A stretch of DNA of 39,454 nt from Hyphochytrium catenoides (taxonomy: Eukaryota > Protista > Hyphochytriomycota): the NCBI GenBank assembly GCA_900088475.1, contig FLMG01003824.1, positions 1 to 39,454 on the forward strand. Reading direction: 5' to 3'. Below, in pieces: positions 22,579 to 34,531 of this stretch. The translations under genes and the position numbers were made by a program. The notes under the pieces are model-generated. The model was not told where the DNA came from. It ran no database searches and was given only the letters and a program-made list of their open reading frames with translations. How positions within the stretch are numbered: position 1 is the first letter of the stretch; each line of letters begins with the position of its first letter.

Positions 22579-23706
22579 GACGAAAGAGCTGTGCTACAGA
22601 AGAATCTTCGTTGCATGGTAGCGCCGCGCTAGTCGTCGTATTAAATCAGCTCTGACAGCCCTTGTGGTCCTGTAGCTCAACAGTGCCCTCTACCACGAGC
22701 ATGGATGTCCCATCTCAAGGAAAGATACTGCTACGTGGCAAACATTGTTCAACCTCATCTCGAATCCATGGCGAGACGGATTTGGACCGAGCAAGTGGAG
22801 GAGAATGAGAAGAGAAGAAGCTAGCAGGAACTTGTTGGTGGAAGGTAATACTCGCTGTAGTGGTGCGACATACTTTATTGCACTAGGAGCAAGTTCTTTT
22901 GCTACTTGCGCAAGGGCTGGAAACGCGAAATCAAGCAAAGAAGCTACTCTGGAGGACGGCCGTGAACTGAACTAACTTAGGATGCGTGATCCCGACTTCG
23001 AGGGCAAGAAGGAGTGGCTAATCGAGAAGGAGGGATCTGTCTCATCTTCGCCATCCTCCTGGTCTATAGCTCTCTATCCTCCCCATAGTAGCATTATAGT
23101 TCTTCGTCATTCTTTTTCTCATGCCATTTTGGTGTTGAATCTGACTGTGTAATATAAGGACCAAGGACTGGTCCTGAAGGAGAGTGAAAACTTGCTTTGT
23201 CCGTACCTTCGCTGGCCAGGCTCAAGTCACACAAGCACCACGCAGAGGAAGACTTCGAGGACAACGCGCGCAAGTAACAAAACCTTCAACTTCAAAGAGA
23301 GACTTTAATTAACTGGATATAGAAGGTAAGGAGAGCGTTTCTCTCAGGAGAGTCAGCTGTAACAGGACACCGGAGTTGAAGCGGGTGCGAGACCTTCTTA
23401 TGGAGCTTCTGGCTAGTCAAATTCCGATAAAGATAAAGAGATCTGGGCTTCTCTCAATGCTAACTGGAAATGATTGGAGCTTCACAGTGCGTCCTCGGAA
23501 GAGCAGAACAAGCCGGGGACTAGGAGCTGTCCGAGGTAAGGAAGGAGTAGGAGAGGGCAGCTAGGGAGCCAAGAAGTGATGGTCAGAAGAGAGCGATCTT
23601 CGGGTGGGAAGGACAGCAGACGAATGATTGAATCAGGTGTATCAAGCAATAGAGTCGAGTACGTGAAGATGTAGGGTGGTAGGTAAGATCGGCCAAGAGA
23701 CGAGTA

Positions 23707-23741
23707 GAGAGAGAGAAGGGGGAGAGAGAGAGAGAGAGAGA
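23707..23741. repeat. Interrupted (GA)n microsatellite
   Basis: Seen directly. Confidence 0.9.
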
Positions 23742-25739
23742 AGCTATGGTAGATAAGTAGGAGCAGTACGAAGTAGAAACTAGCAAGCAGGCAGTGGAAA
23801 TTAGTCAGGATTTGGCTATATCTTTGTGAAGCTAAACACTATATTTCCTGCTTGAAGACCACTCGGTAGACGTACTGCATTGAAGCTGCAAGGAGGCTCT
23901 TCTGACTGTTGCGCTGCCATCTCAGATTAGTTCTCTTAGCAGATTCGTTATCGGTATCTGTCGGCCGTTATCGGGAGCTTATTGCGGCTCCAGCACCAGT
24001 CTGCAGATTCGATCCATGGCTCAGTCTTGGTTAATGCCGAAACTGCTTCACAGTCTACCTGATAATGTACAGGTAGAAGTAGTAACAAGCAAGAGAGATT
24101 GGAACAAGAGGCTGTCCTAAGAACTTGCAAAGAGGAAGTGAGCAGAAAGGGAAAAGAAGGAGAGCGTCCTTGATCAAAGCCATTAGTTGGCGCTTCTAGT
24201 CAGGACTATTCCTTCTGATGAGGACACTCTCAAAAGAGAGGCTGCTGCACCCATACAACGGCCGGTCCTCATCCAGCGCTCGATCAGGTAGTCAGTAGCT
24301 GAGGAAGGCCAAATTTATAGCAGACTGCACTTCGCTAGAGAGAGATTCTGTCAAGAAAGTTCATCTGTAACAGAGGTAATAAGGAGGAGCACAATCTCAA
24401 AGTCATTGCTTCTGAGGATGGTGGGCCTGAGGCCCTGGCCACCCGAAGAGAGATGTTATTTAGTAGCTAACACTTGCCCTCTTGCAGCTCTCTTCTCAGC
24501 GGACAGAAAGAGTCCGCATCTAGCCAACCGCACGGAGCTTTAGGAGGCCCAAGGTGCGCCAATGGAAGGTCGACAACATGTGCTTAACAATGCGGATGGA
24601 GATGAGGCTCCGGCAGCATCTGGACTGCCTACATCTGACTATACATTGTGTTGGCCGTAATGATTCTCATTCGCCCTATACGGTTGCAAGGCCCTGGGAT
24701 GGGACTGCTGGCAGGCAGGGCACATCTTGGGAAGAGCAAAGGGGTTATAGATGATCATCTCAGCATCATTGCCGTGGGGCTGAACAAAGATACCACGGTA
24801 GCTGAGGATCCACAGGAAGGCAGAGCTATCAATCTTTCTCAGTGTTAAATCTCGCCCCCTAGTGGACGGAGGTGGATGATCGGTCAATGACCGCGTAGAT
24901 CGTCTCTCATCAGGCAAGAGCGGATATATGTTTTCGGTCAGCCCGACACACGACAAGCCGTGAATGAATATTCCTCCATATGCCCTCGAGGCAATGCTCT
25001 GGAAGGGTACTCTACCCTTGAGCTCTAAATCTCTCTTGTTACCAGTTCACCCGACGAAGCAATTAGATCGCCCTCCGATAGGATAGCTGCCTACGAGAGC
25101 CTCCCAGATTACCATCGGACGGTAAACTTGCTTATTTGATAGGGAAAACCACCTCGGCAGTTTATGATTACTGTCGGTCCACCCTCGGCTGACTCTGACG
25201 AACCTCTTCCAACACGTGCTGCTTCACATCCTGGCCAAGACGAAAGAGGTTATCTCTTACTGGGTGCGGACATTTGAACCGAAGTAAACAACTCTATAAA
25301 TGGCCTGTGCACGATCAAAGTCGAGCCGCCAAGCTTACTCTACTGCACAGGATGCTTTTGGTGAACAATCTCCTGACACCTGCGAAGATCTGAGCATAAT
25401 TTCCGAAAAAAAGGCTTCAGACGATTGCAGGCGCTGGCCAAAATGTTGAATTTGAAGCTTCCATGCGTCTTGAAAGCGAGAAGCGGCGGAAGGAGAGATC
25501 TTAACTATTCTTCAACATCCAGGCAGCCTTATGCAAAGGTTCCTTTGCTGCTTAGTGGTACCTTTGCAGAGCTTTTGAATGTTCTTAGAATTGCTCTACT
25601 TGGAACGGTAAGACTGCCATTTATTGACTGTGACAATGATAAAAAAGGGAAATCTGAGTGTTGTCATAAACTACGGCTGTGCTTCTCTCTGAGTCAGCTT
25701 TTTGCGCCATCCGCACTCCTGAGGGCCGTTTCTACCATC

Positions 25740-26717
25740 TCACTTTCCCGTCCGTTCAGTACTGTGAGAAATGCAAAGCCCTTTAAGGGCCACTCGCCTT
25801 TCACAACCGGACACAGAGCAGCGTCTGACCGGGGCGCCATGGGCTATGCAAAGGTCCCTTGCCTGAACATGCTTTTGGCAGCCCGCTACAACGCATCTCT
25901 TGACCTTGGCTCCATGAGAAATGCATAACCCTTGGCCTTTAGCGTACTTGGCACAGCCAGCCACGGCACACCTTCGATTCTTAATCTTTGCTCCGTGAGC
26001 AATACACACCCCTTTCGCGTATGCTTTGTTTGCACAACCAGTCGTAGAGCAAACTTTGGTTGGAGCACCATGAGCCTTGCACAGGCCCTTGGACACGACG
26101 TGCTTGTGGCAATTAGGTACCATGCATCTTCTGACCTCCGCTCCGTGTGCTATGCACCGTCCTTGGCCTTTTGCGTACTTGTTGCAACCGACCACAATGC
26201 AACATCGCCAGCTCCGGACGGCATCAAAAAAAGGAGATTTCTCCTCGACGAGGTCCCCCCTTTGGGCCTCTTCTGTGGTCGTAGACTGATGGTGAGTGAG
26301 ACAAAGGCTACCTGCGGAGCAGTTAGCGTGTTTATCTTTGGATTTTCTGCAAATAGGGAAAGAAAAAGTGGCCTTCTTGGAGTTACTGTCCTGTGTCCTG
26401 CGAGTTCTTCGTGCACGCCGCTGCTGGCCAGAGCTTCTTGGAAGGTCGGAGGAGCTGTTGCTGATTGCGGAAGGAGACCACGACGACGAAGAACAAGAAC
26501 TTTGGTCTTCTAAGAAGGTCATTCTTTCTTCCCCCTCATCCGCAACCCTCCCTTCAGAAGAGTTGCTCTCTGCACAATGCAGAAGCGTTCGTGTAGGCGA
26601 TTCAGTGCTCTTTCTCTCTGACTGTCCGGTTCTATTATTGCCTGTCAGGCCTCCAATAGGCGCCTCTTCTAGAGACGACGTTTCTGCTGCTTGCTCATCA
26701 TCTAGCTCGCCCTTCAT
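25740..26717 (-). CDS. Protein with six tandem C-x4-C-x9-C-x2-H(G) repeats (WRKY19-like Cys3His zinc fingers) and a disordered Ser-rich N-terminus; upstream exons possible to ~27311
   Basis: 325-aa open ORF containing CIVVGCNKYAKGQGRCIAHG, CMVPNCHKHVVSKGLCKAHG, CSTTGCANKAYAKGVCIAHG, CAVAGCAKYAKGQGLCISHG, CVVAGCQKHVQARDLCIAHG and CSVSGCERRVALKGLCISH. Confidence 0.85.
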   Translation of the reverse strand: MKGELDDEQAAETSSLEEAPIGGLTGNNRTGQSERKSTESPTRTLLHCAESNSSEGRVADEGEERMTFLEDQSSCSSSSWSPSAISNSSSDLPRSSGQQRRARRTRRTQDSNSKKATFSFPICRKSKDKHANCSAGSLCLTHHQSTTTEEAQRGDLVEEKSPFFDAVRSWRCCIVVGCNKYAKGQGRCIAHGAEVRRCMVPNCHKHVVSKGLCKAHGAPTKVCSTTGCANKAYAKGVCIAHGAKIKNRRCAVAGCAKYAKGQGLCISHGAKVKRCVVAGCQKHVQARDLCIAHGAPVRRCSVSGCERRVALKGLCISHSTERTGK

Positions 26718-29700
26718 TCTGGGCTATTGACACCTTCTTCTCGTTCGAACTCGGCAGATATTGCTGCGATCCGCCGATCTTCGAGCTGCCTCTTGTCGGC
26801 GCTACTTTTTTGGAACAGAAGTTCAGAAGTAAGAGCTTTGCATTTGGAAAGAAGCCCGCGCATTCACTATCAATCTAATGCCCAGCCAGCCCCGCCTCTC
26901 TGCACCGCAGCGGCGGGTGGTCGACGTACTCTGCTGCTCTGTACAGTCAACTGGCCTCCTCTTCTTTCTTCCTGCGCTCCGATCCCTCATAATCCGAGGC
27001 GACTCTTCTTCTGCTGCTGCATTCATCTGCACAACAGGGGAAGATACGTCCAAGCTTTGAGCTTTGGCAGCGGAGAGTTCTGCAGCTGCCCAGCGTGGTC
27101 ACATGGCTTACTATTCTCACAGCAAAGAAACACTGCACTTTGTTGTTACCCTTTGTTTACAAGCAGACGTTTCAGGCTTAGAGTCTGCGTTTGGGGTTAT
27201 TTCTGCAAGATCGTTGTATACGACTTTACGTGGCAGGACCGAATCTAAAGTCTTTTTGAGCTCAGCTTTCGTACGAGGGTTGTACGAGGGTCTCGAAGCT
27301 AACTTTAGCATTGCACACTAAAATACCGAAACTACTATTATTAGCACGGGAAGGAGGTGCCTTTCAGAGTTGGGAGTACTTTTGTGCCTGATTACTATTC
27401 TATAGCGGTCTACACTAGTCTTCGTCAGTATTTTTATGAAAAGCAATTAGGGGACTACTGATGATGATTATTAGTTATTAGCTTTTTCTGACTTCTTCTA
27501 GTTGGCGTCTTCCTTCTTTTTCATTTCCATAATAATGCCTGCTCGCGACCTGTTAGAGTTATTTATGATCTATGATGGTTACAAGGAACTCGTTTTCTAC
27601 TCAACGACCTGCCAAGAAAAGGCTATTTCTCTTAAGCCAACAATCTACGGTCTGTTTCTTCAACCTCATCGCCTCCGTCTCTTCTTCCCATCTGCTTGAA
27701 ACCTTCTCACCCTCTATTAGTTCTATTCTTCCTTAACTACTCTGGTGAAGAAGAGGCAGGTTAGCAAAGACCAGCAGGACCAAACAATGCCACTTCACTT
27801 GCTGCTCGCAAGATCTCACCGTCTATTAGACTTTACTTTTGACAAGAAGCAGGCGACGAAGGGGTCAAGAATGATGGGTAAGCTGATTGAGATGTAGGAT
27901 TATAGGTAAGGTCCATCGGTGTATGGGCCTATTTGCGACGGCCATACAGTGTTAATGCCTTGTGAAGTTCGAATGTAAATGTTCAGCTCTAATGCAATAC
28001 GGCTTTTTGGCCTCGTTGTTCTTCTTATCTTGTCGAGGGCCTATCGCACTCTTCAGTTAAACTCTTCTTCTTCTGAAGCGCTCGAGCTTTTCTGCTTATA
28101 CTCATCATGTCTCTCGCTCTTTTTCTTTGTTTGCGGCGAGAGATCAGTATCCGGTAGTCATTCCCTTTTTTGTTGGGTGACTGAAGAGAACAGCCTTTTT
28201 CCAGGGTTGTTGGGGTCCTCGCTGGGTTCTTAAGATTGGAAAAGAAGAAGAGAGAATTAACATCACTTCTTCAGGAAGAAGTTAGCATTTTGAGGGCACT
28301 CTCTTAGATAAAGGCCGGACTTAGTGAGGGAGAGAAACTCGGAAAGTGAGATAGGAAAAGGGGAGAGACTAAGAAAGAGACAGAAAGAGAGGAAAAAAAG
28401 AGAGGAAAAAAAGAGAGCAGAAAGAGAGAGAGGAAGAGCCAGGCAGACAGCAGCAGAGGCTCCTAGAGAGTGTGCTAGCTATGCGACTGGGTGGAGGATT
28501 GCACAGCGTGAGGCTAATGGACCCATAGAAGCTCTGATGATGTTATGAAGGTTATCAAGAACGCGAATCCTGCGTCTGTTTGCCTTCCTCCACTTTGACA
28601 CTGTCAATAACTAGTACCCGGTGGAGGAAAGAAGTTTTGCCAAGAAGAATGATCTAATATCAGATAATTATTGGGCCGCCTGTCGGAGGTCAGACTACCA
28701 GCAGCCGTGCCACTATCCGTGGTACTCCCGTCCGTCGGTTATACTTGTCGTTAGATTGAATCATTATTATGCAGCTTCCTGTGTCGCCGGAAAAGTCCTA
28801 TCATTACGTGGGCGTGCTAGAGATATATAGGAAGAATCATAAGGTGAGTGAACAGTATAAGACGCAACCACCAATTGAAAAAAAAAGTGTACTACCCGCA
28901 AAAGACTCAGGAAACAAGGTGGATCCCATCACTAGACGAAGGAAGATGATGCATGCATGTTGCATGGTGCGTACTAAGTTGAAGCAGGTTACTGGTGAAA
29001 ATATATCCCATTTCTCTGTTTGATTTAAATTGTCATTGTCAAGCTGAAGAAAAGCCCTCCTCGATGACCTTGTGGAACATGTCGCCGAGTACCCATCAGT
29101 CTGGAGGAAGATCAGCAAATAAAAGAGAAGGAACAGAGAGGAAGACAATAAAACACCTGAACGAGGCTAATTTTGCAGGGAGACTGAACAAAAGAAGAGG
29201 AAGAAGCTGTCGTATAGGAAGACGAAACGAAGCAACAACGGGGAGGAAGAAGAATAAGGAACCTACAAGTAAGCCTTCGTCTTTGGCATTGTTGCGTTTG
29301 TCCAATAGTGACACCTACTCATGGTCAGCATGAGGCAAATTTTACATGCCTTAATGCATTTGAGCTACCCAAGGTTTGACATAAGAAGGAGCGAGAGCAT
29401 GAAAGACTATGACGAGGACGACGGCGCAAAATGAACTTGGGAGACAGAAAATCTTTAGAAGGCAGAAGGCTATACTCAAGCCAAAGAGTGAGATGTAGAT
29501 CAACGAACAGGAAAAGGGCGAGGGAGGAGAAGCGGAGTGAACAGCCGAGTGATAGATGCACTCAGACAAGAGAGAGAGAGAGAGAGCTATGCCAGTATCA
29601 CCTACAAGCTTCTGGAAGTCAGGATAAAATATGAAGGAAGCTCCATGTGCTTTCGTTCATATGGAGGCTAGAGTTAGTCACAAGAAATAGTAAAGGAGTA

Positions 29701-29829
29701 GAAGCTATAGACTGAAGATCTCTTGACCTATTGTTTGTTCAAGACCTATTTATTGTTCAAGACTACTTTCTTCAAAGACCATGATGAACATAGAATAACG
29801 GTACAGACAATCTCTTGGTCATGGGTTAG

Positions 29830-31760
29830 ATAGCACTTGCCGGCTTAGATTAGTCACGGGACGCCTGCGGCCACTGAAGAAGAGAACTAGACTAGCTCCT
29901 CCTGACACCTTGCATCCAGCAAAGTGTCATCGCTTTGGGTATGATCCTTCTTATCTAACTAAGGGAGCTTCATAATACAGTCCATAATAGCCTAGTCGTT
30001 AGCTAAAAGAACCAACGTACACCACCACTGCAAGACATTGGAGGTTTGATAGTCGACATCACCATAGTACTAAGTAGGACCATACCGCCTCCTCGACCTA
30101 TCCGGAGGCAAGCTTCTTCAGGTGTGTCCTGCGAGAGGTCTCGTATAATGATTAGTTGACTGATACTTTGTTTGCTGCTGCCAGCATTGTCATTTTGACC
30201 AACCCCGACAAACAGCAATAGGCAGCAACAGCCACCGTCTCCTAGGGCACGGTTTCAGAGGTATAGTTCACCTCTCACAAGCAAGTATAGCCGCCTTTTT
30301 GCCACTGTGCTGGCTAGCCATGAGGCACAATCTATGAGTGGGCGGGGTAGGAAGTAGCGTCAGCAGCCTGGACGTACGCTTATTCACTAAGATAAAAAGA
30401 AACGTCTCTCGCTATCAAGAGGAGAGAGGAGAGGAGCGATAGTAATCACCAAGGAAGGTGACATTACTATGGAGATTGTCAGGATAAACAGAAATAGTAG
30501 AAGCTCTCGCGATATTGGCACGAACTTTACATCTCCCGCTCTCAAGACGCGTCATAAAAAAGACGTAGGTAATAAGGTATGCTCGATTGAGCTCCTGGTA
30601 ATGATGATGGCCAGTCTTAACAATAAGAGCACTACTACGGTGACTGGTACTAGAAGTGATGGTTTCCCGTTGATAGCTAGCTCTTAGGAGGAGGCAACAA
30701 TCATCATCCGTCATGGAGTTGTGAGCAAGAATGAGTAACAGGATTTGGTTACGCACTCATTGCTTTTGCTCAGCAGAGTGTTCATTCTGCTATCAAAAAG
30801 GCCAAGATCATCCCAGAAACTCAAGCGTGCATCTCCTTATTATCTACCATGAGCACAGGACCACAATCAACAACTTGCACAGCTCTTGGTCTTCTTCCTC
30901 TTTGCAACCTATGCCAGTCTACCTAGTTACCACTGCTACACAACAGGCTGCACAGCAGGTTTCTCGTCTCGAGGACTCTGTTTGGTCAACTAGTCGGCAC
31001 CCATAGTTGTTAAGCTATTATCAATGCCTAGTTGTCACACCTTCTCGAGAAAGAGAACAAGAGTAGGGTACCCTTGAGATGATTCTCATACATCAAAATA
31101 TCAACACTCGCCTCCTCAGGCAGCCTAATGACGCAGAATGCGAATCATCAGAGTGCATCTGATAGAAAACAGTCCAGAATGTTCTAGGAGGAACCCTCCT
31201 TTTATACTTCTTAGCGTACAGACCTGTCAAAGAAGGCTTCGATAGTCCCTCTGGACAGATATTGAGTGAAAGAGGCCAAGAGTATAGCACCCGATAACAC
31301 TATTAAAGAACAAGGATACTAACTAAACGAGCGCTTGTGCGGGTGGACACCTCGGTCGGGCTGCAGGACAGTGTAAGTGACCTGCCACTTATCATGATCA
31401 GGAGCCTTCTTTCCCGGTATACCTTCTACCTTACTAATAGTTCCTGTACTGGCTTTAACAGCGTCGTGTCACTTCTATGTCCGTAAATGGACTACTACCT
31501 CATATCATCATGTGGACAATCTCTATCTCCTCCTTCCTCGTTCTAAGCTATAGGCTGACGGTTGGGCCTACAAAGTTCAATGTCCTGATAGAGATTTCTA
31601 CCGATCTGGTTGCGTCGGTGCAACTACTGCAGAGTGCCCTCTCTTCTTCTCTCTTCACTGTTCTTCGATACAGGACATAGTGCTCTTTGATTTTATTAGT
31701 GCAGTCTAACTTTACCACCAGCTCTTTGTAAAACGGTACAAGTATTTTACGGATCATCAA
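29830..31760 (-). mobile_element. Highly degenerate hAT-family transposase relic
   Basis: Collinear hAT-like fragments: BED-like IKEHY..ALCSSC, LSLNI../.TIEAFF (first Asp region), IDNSLTTM (DNAxNM-like), SCAH, FMTRLE..STISVYP, and dimerisation-domain-like NVLQWW..FS.AAG..VTN. Each is weak; the order is the main support. Confidence 0.5.
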
Positions 31761-32072
31761 GAAGCAAAGGTGAATGCGTCCTTTGGCTTGAGGTTCTCAG
31801 CCCCAACACTACTACTCTCACACTTCCATTCTTCTGCTTAGGAAGAAGCGCTGACTGTGAGTAGATCGATAGCGCTGCTATACAAGCCGCTAGGTAAACT
31901 GAACCCAGCAAAGCTCTCTTCTTAGATGATGCGCTGCTACTACTTTAACGCTTCTTGGTGTTGTTGCTTCATTTCGCCAGAAACTAGCAACAACACAGCT
32001 TCTTCTGGCTACTACTAGCCGCACAGAAGTCATTCTTCTATTAGTAGTTCTACCGAGCTAAAATACCCTCCG

Positions 32073-32195
32073 TAACTTTGGTCAGTCTGGTCGAACGTCA
32101 TCTCAACTCCTAGAAAAGGCATCGAAACATCTAGCACCGCCCTCTGGGGGGCCAGAAGACCAGTTTGTGGCGATCGACCAGACTGACCAAAGTTA
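32073..32195. mobile_element. 123-bp MITE-like element with perfect 22-bp inverted repeats
   Basis: taactttggtcagtctggtcga (32073-32094) and tcgaccagactgaccaaagtta (32174-32195). TA lies at both ends and TTAA on the right. Confidence 0.75.
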
Positions 32196-34531
32196 AGTTA
32201 CCCGTCAGTGGTTAGTTACCAGTAGGTCAAGAAGTCGTTCGTTCTGAGCAAGACGAAGAAGCTGACCGCCCTCACTGCCCTAACAGGACTCTGTAGGGGA
32301 AACCCTCCTTGCATTGCGCATGCATTCATTGCAGGGACCAATTACCGAGAAGGGGCATTGTTGTCGCGACTAAACACAATGAAGAGCGAGACTAAACCTC
32401 CGGGAGTGTAAACCCAATACATCGGTAGCAGCAGAACGGCATTTGGCCTAATCATCCATCCGTTGCGCCACTTTCAACCACTTGTTGGGCTTCTGGTGAG
32501 TGAGTGAGGACAGGCAGGCGCTTCTCGCTTCTGCTCTCCCACCAACAACTACTAGTTATTAGTGATGGCAGCAGAGATGTAAGGATTGCATAGGCCGTCC
32601 TCTCTATTGCGACAGAGATTAGGGACAGAGGTGCAGCGTACATGCTAAGTGCTGCAACGTTCCTTCCCCACTCTTGAGCTGGGAGCTGGAGGAGATATGC
32701 TGTGGCCCCGAACTGAAACCTACTTCCTAGTCATAAACGCTTTGCTACCCAGAGCGTAAAGTTGTATCTGCCAGCTGCTGGGAAGGAAGGCGAGCAGCAG
32801 GCAAGATTAACAGGGACCCCAACTAAATTGGAGGACCCAGCAGGTGCAGCAGCGGGAGCTCTGGTCCCAGGAAAACTGTGGCAACATTCCTGCAACTTCC
32901 GGACGAGGATGCGTCCATTTTCCGCCGTTCCGCCAGAACTCAGTCCTTGAGAAGATCCACCTTATTCTGAGTGCGTAGCACTCCTACTGACAATCTTTTA
33001 GCGCGCTAAAGAAGGAGGAAGTACACTTGTAACCTCTAAACATGGGGAACAGGAAGGGAGACATAGCATATCTATTAAGGAAATAGTAGGGTTGCTGCTT
33101 GGTCTTGCGCGACCTGGTACAGCTGAAAGACGTCGACAAAATAACTCGGACTGGAAGTACTGTTGGCGATGAGGAAAGAGTCATGATTCCATCTCACAGC
33201 CAACCTTCTAACATACGACAGGTGAACTCATGACAGCCAATGAGAGTGCCCACGCGCTAATCAAAACAACCGCAAAAGAGGAATCATGACCGACATAGTA
33301 GTCTTCAGACTAAACCAAACTCGAAGGAGACCTTCTTCGGGGCTAGTAGAGTCAGCCAAGAACGCGAAGGGACCCTTCAAAGCAACAAACAACCGCGTGC
33401 TGACGAGCATGGCCCTTGACCCTTTTGATGACCAAAAAAACAAGCAAGTAAGCTACGGCCCGCAAATTAGCCAGATCAGTTTGGATTGTAGCGACTGGGA
33501 TCATTAAGGAGCCTCATCGGCTGCTTGTCAATTTTAACGGCGTTATGAAGCTGCCCTGATGGAGCAAACTCCCAGTAGAGAGAAACCACCATAAAGAGCT
33601 ATTCTTCTCTTGGAGGAGGTCTTACTATCCCCGGCACGCCTCTGGGCTCTGGATAATCAACTACTGAAGCTTGCCCCGACTCAGTAAAGGATGAAGCTCC
33701 CGCTGGCAAGGCGACTTCCTCCCTCACCCAGACTTGCGTTCGCCTTCCTAACCCTTTAGGCTTCGTCCATGCTCTTTTAATAAATAAAGATGTGCCTGAC
33801 CTACAATTCCTCCGTGCCGAGGATCGTTTGATGCTCAATTGCAGAGCAGAGTCACTATTGCGCTAGATCCTCCGAGTACCGTTCCCCGACCTTTTGTTAA
33901 TGGACAGGTAAAAGGGCAATCTCCAACGCCAGATTCGTCTGTGGAGAGAACATCTTGACCACTGTCGCAGGCAGGGGAGGTTTAAGCGAGGTCGGATGTT
34001 TCCGCGATAAGACCTCAAACGTTGGAAGATGATGACGCCTCGGCACTCCGAAGTCGTGATCTATCTCCCCGCTTTGCCTTCTTGTCCTGGTGATTGCCAT
34101 TGTTCCCATGTTACAACTTGTAAACCTCCTCCTCCTACGGGTGCAAGGGATGATGTCCGAGCTAGCTCTCCCGTCTCCGGAAGCGCCTTGAGGAGAAGAT
34201 CTATCCCCTGATAGCAGATCTTCCCATCAGAAGTATCCGACATACAGCTGGGAGACCGACTGGTTTCCAGCGGATGGCGCCGATGAGACTCACACTAAAG
34301 CTCCGTATTGTAGGTCAACTTAACTCCGTGCACCACCTTTTTCCTCATGGGAGTCCGCTGGGACGGTTCCTTCCTCTAAGTTTTACCTCCATAGAGGCAC
34401 TTCAACCTACAAGGGACTAGCAGAAAGTGCACCCATCTTAAGGAACCAAGGGCATGATAAAGCTTTGAATGCTACAGGCGATGGTGGAATGCTTACCTTC
34501 CAAGATAAATAAGGACCATATCTTCTTTGCT

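Noticed and set aside
22700-22745. HLKERYCYVA resembling actin/Arp IKEKLCYVA
   Set aside because: No other actin-fold motifs in the flanking frames.
28900-29025. ITRRRK..KQVTGE resembling a Crypton tyrosine recombinase box II
   Set aside because: The catalytic H-x-x-R, H/W and Y residues are not present.
32980-34350. Possible minus-strand gene fragments with splice-like signals
   Set aside because: No consistent frame or recognisable motif could be assembled.
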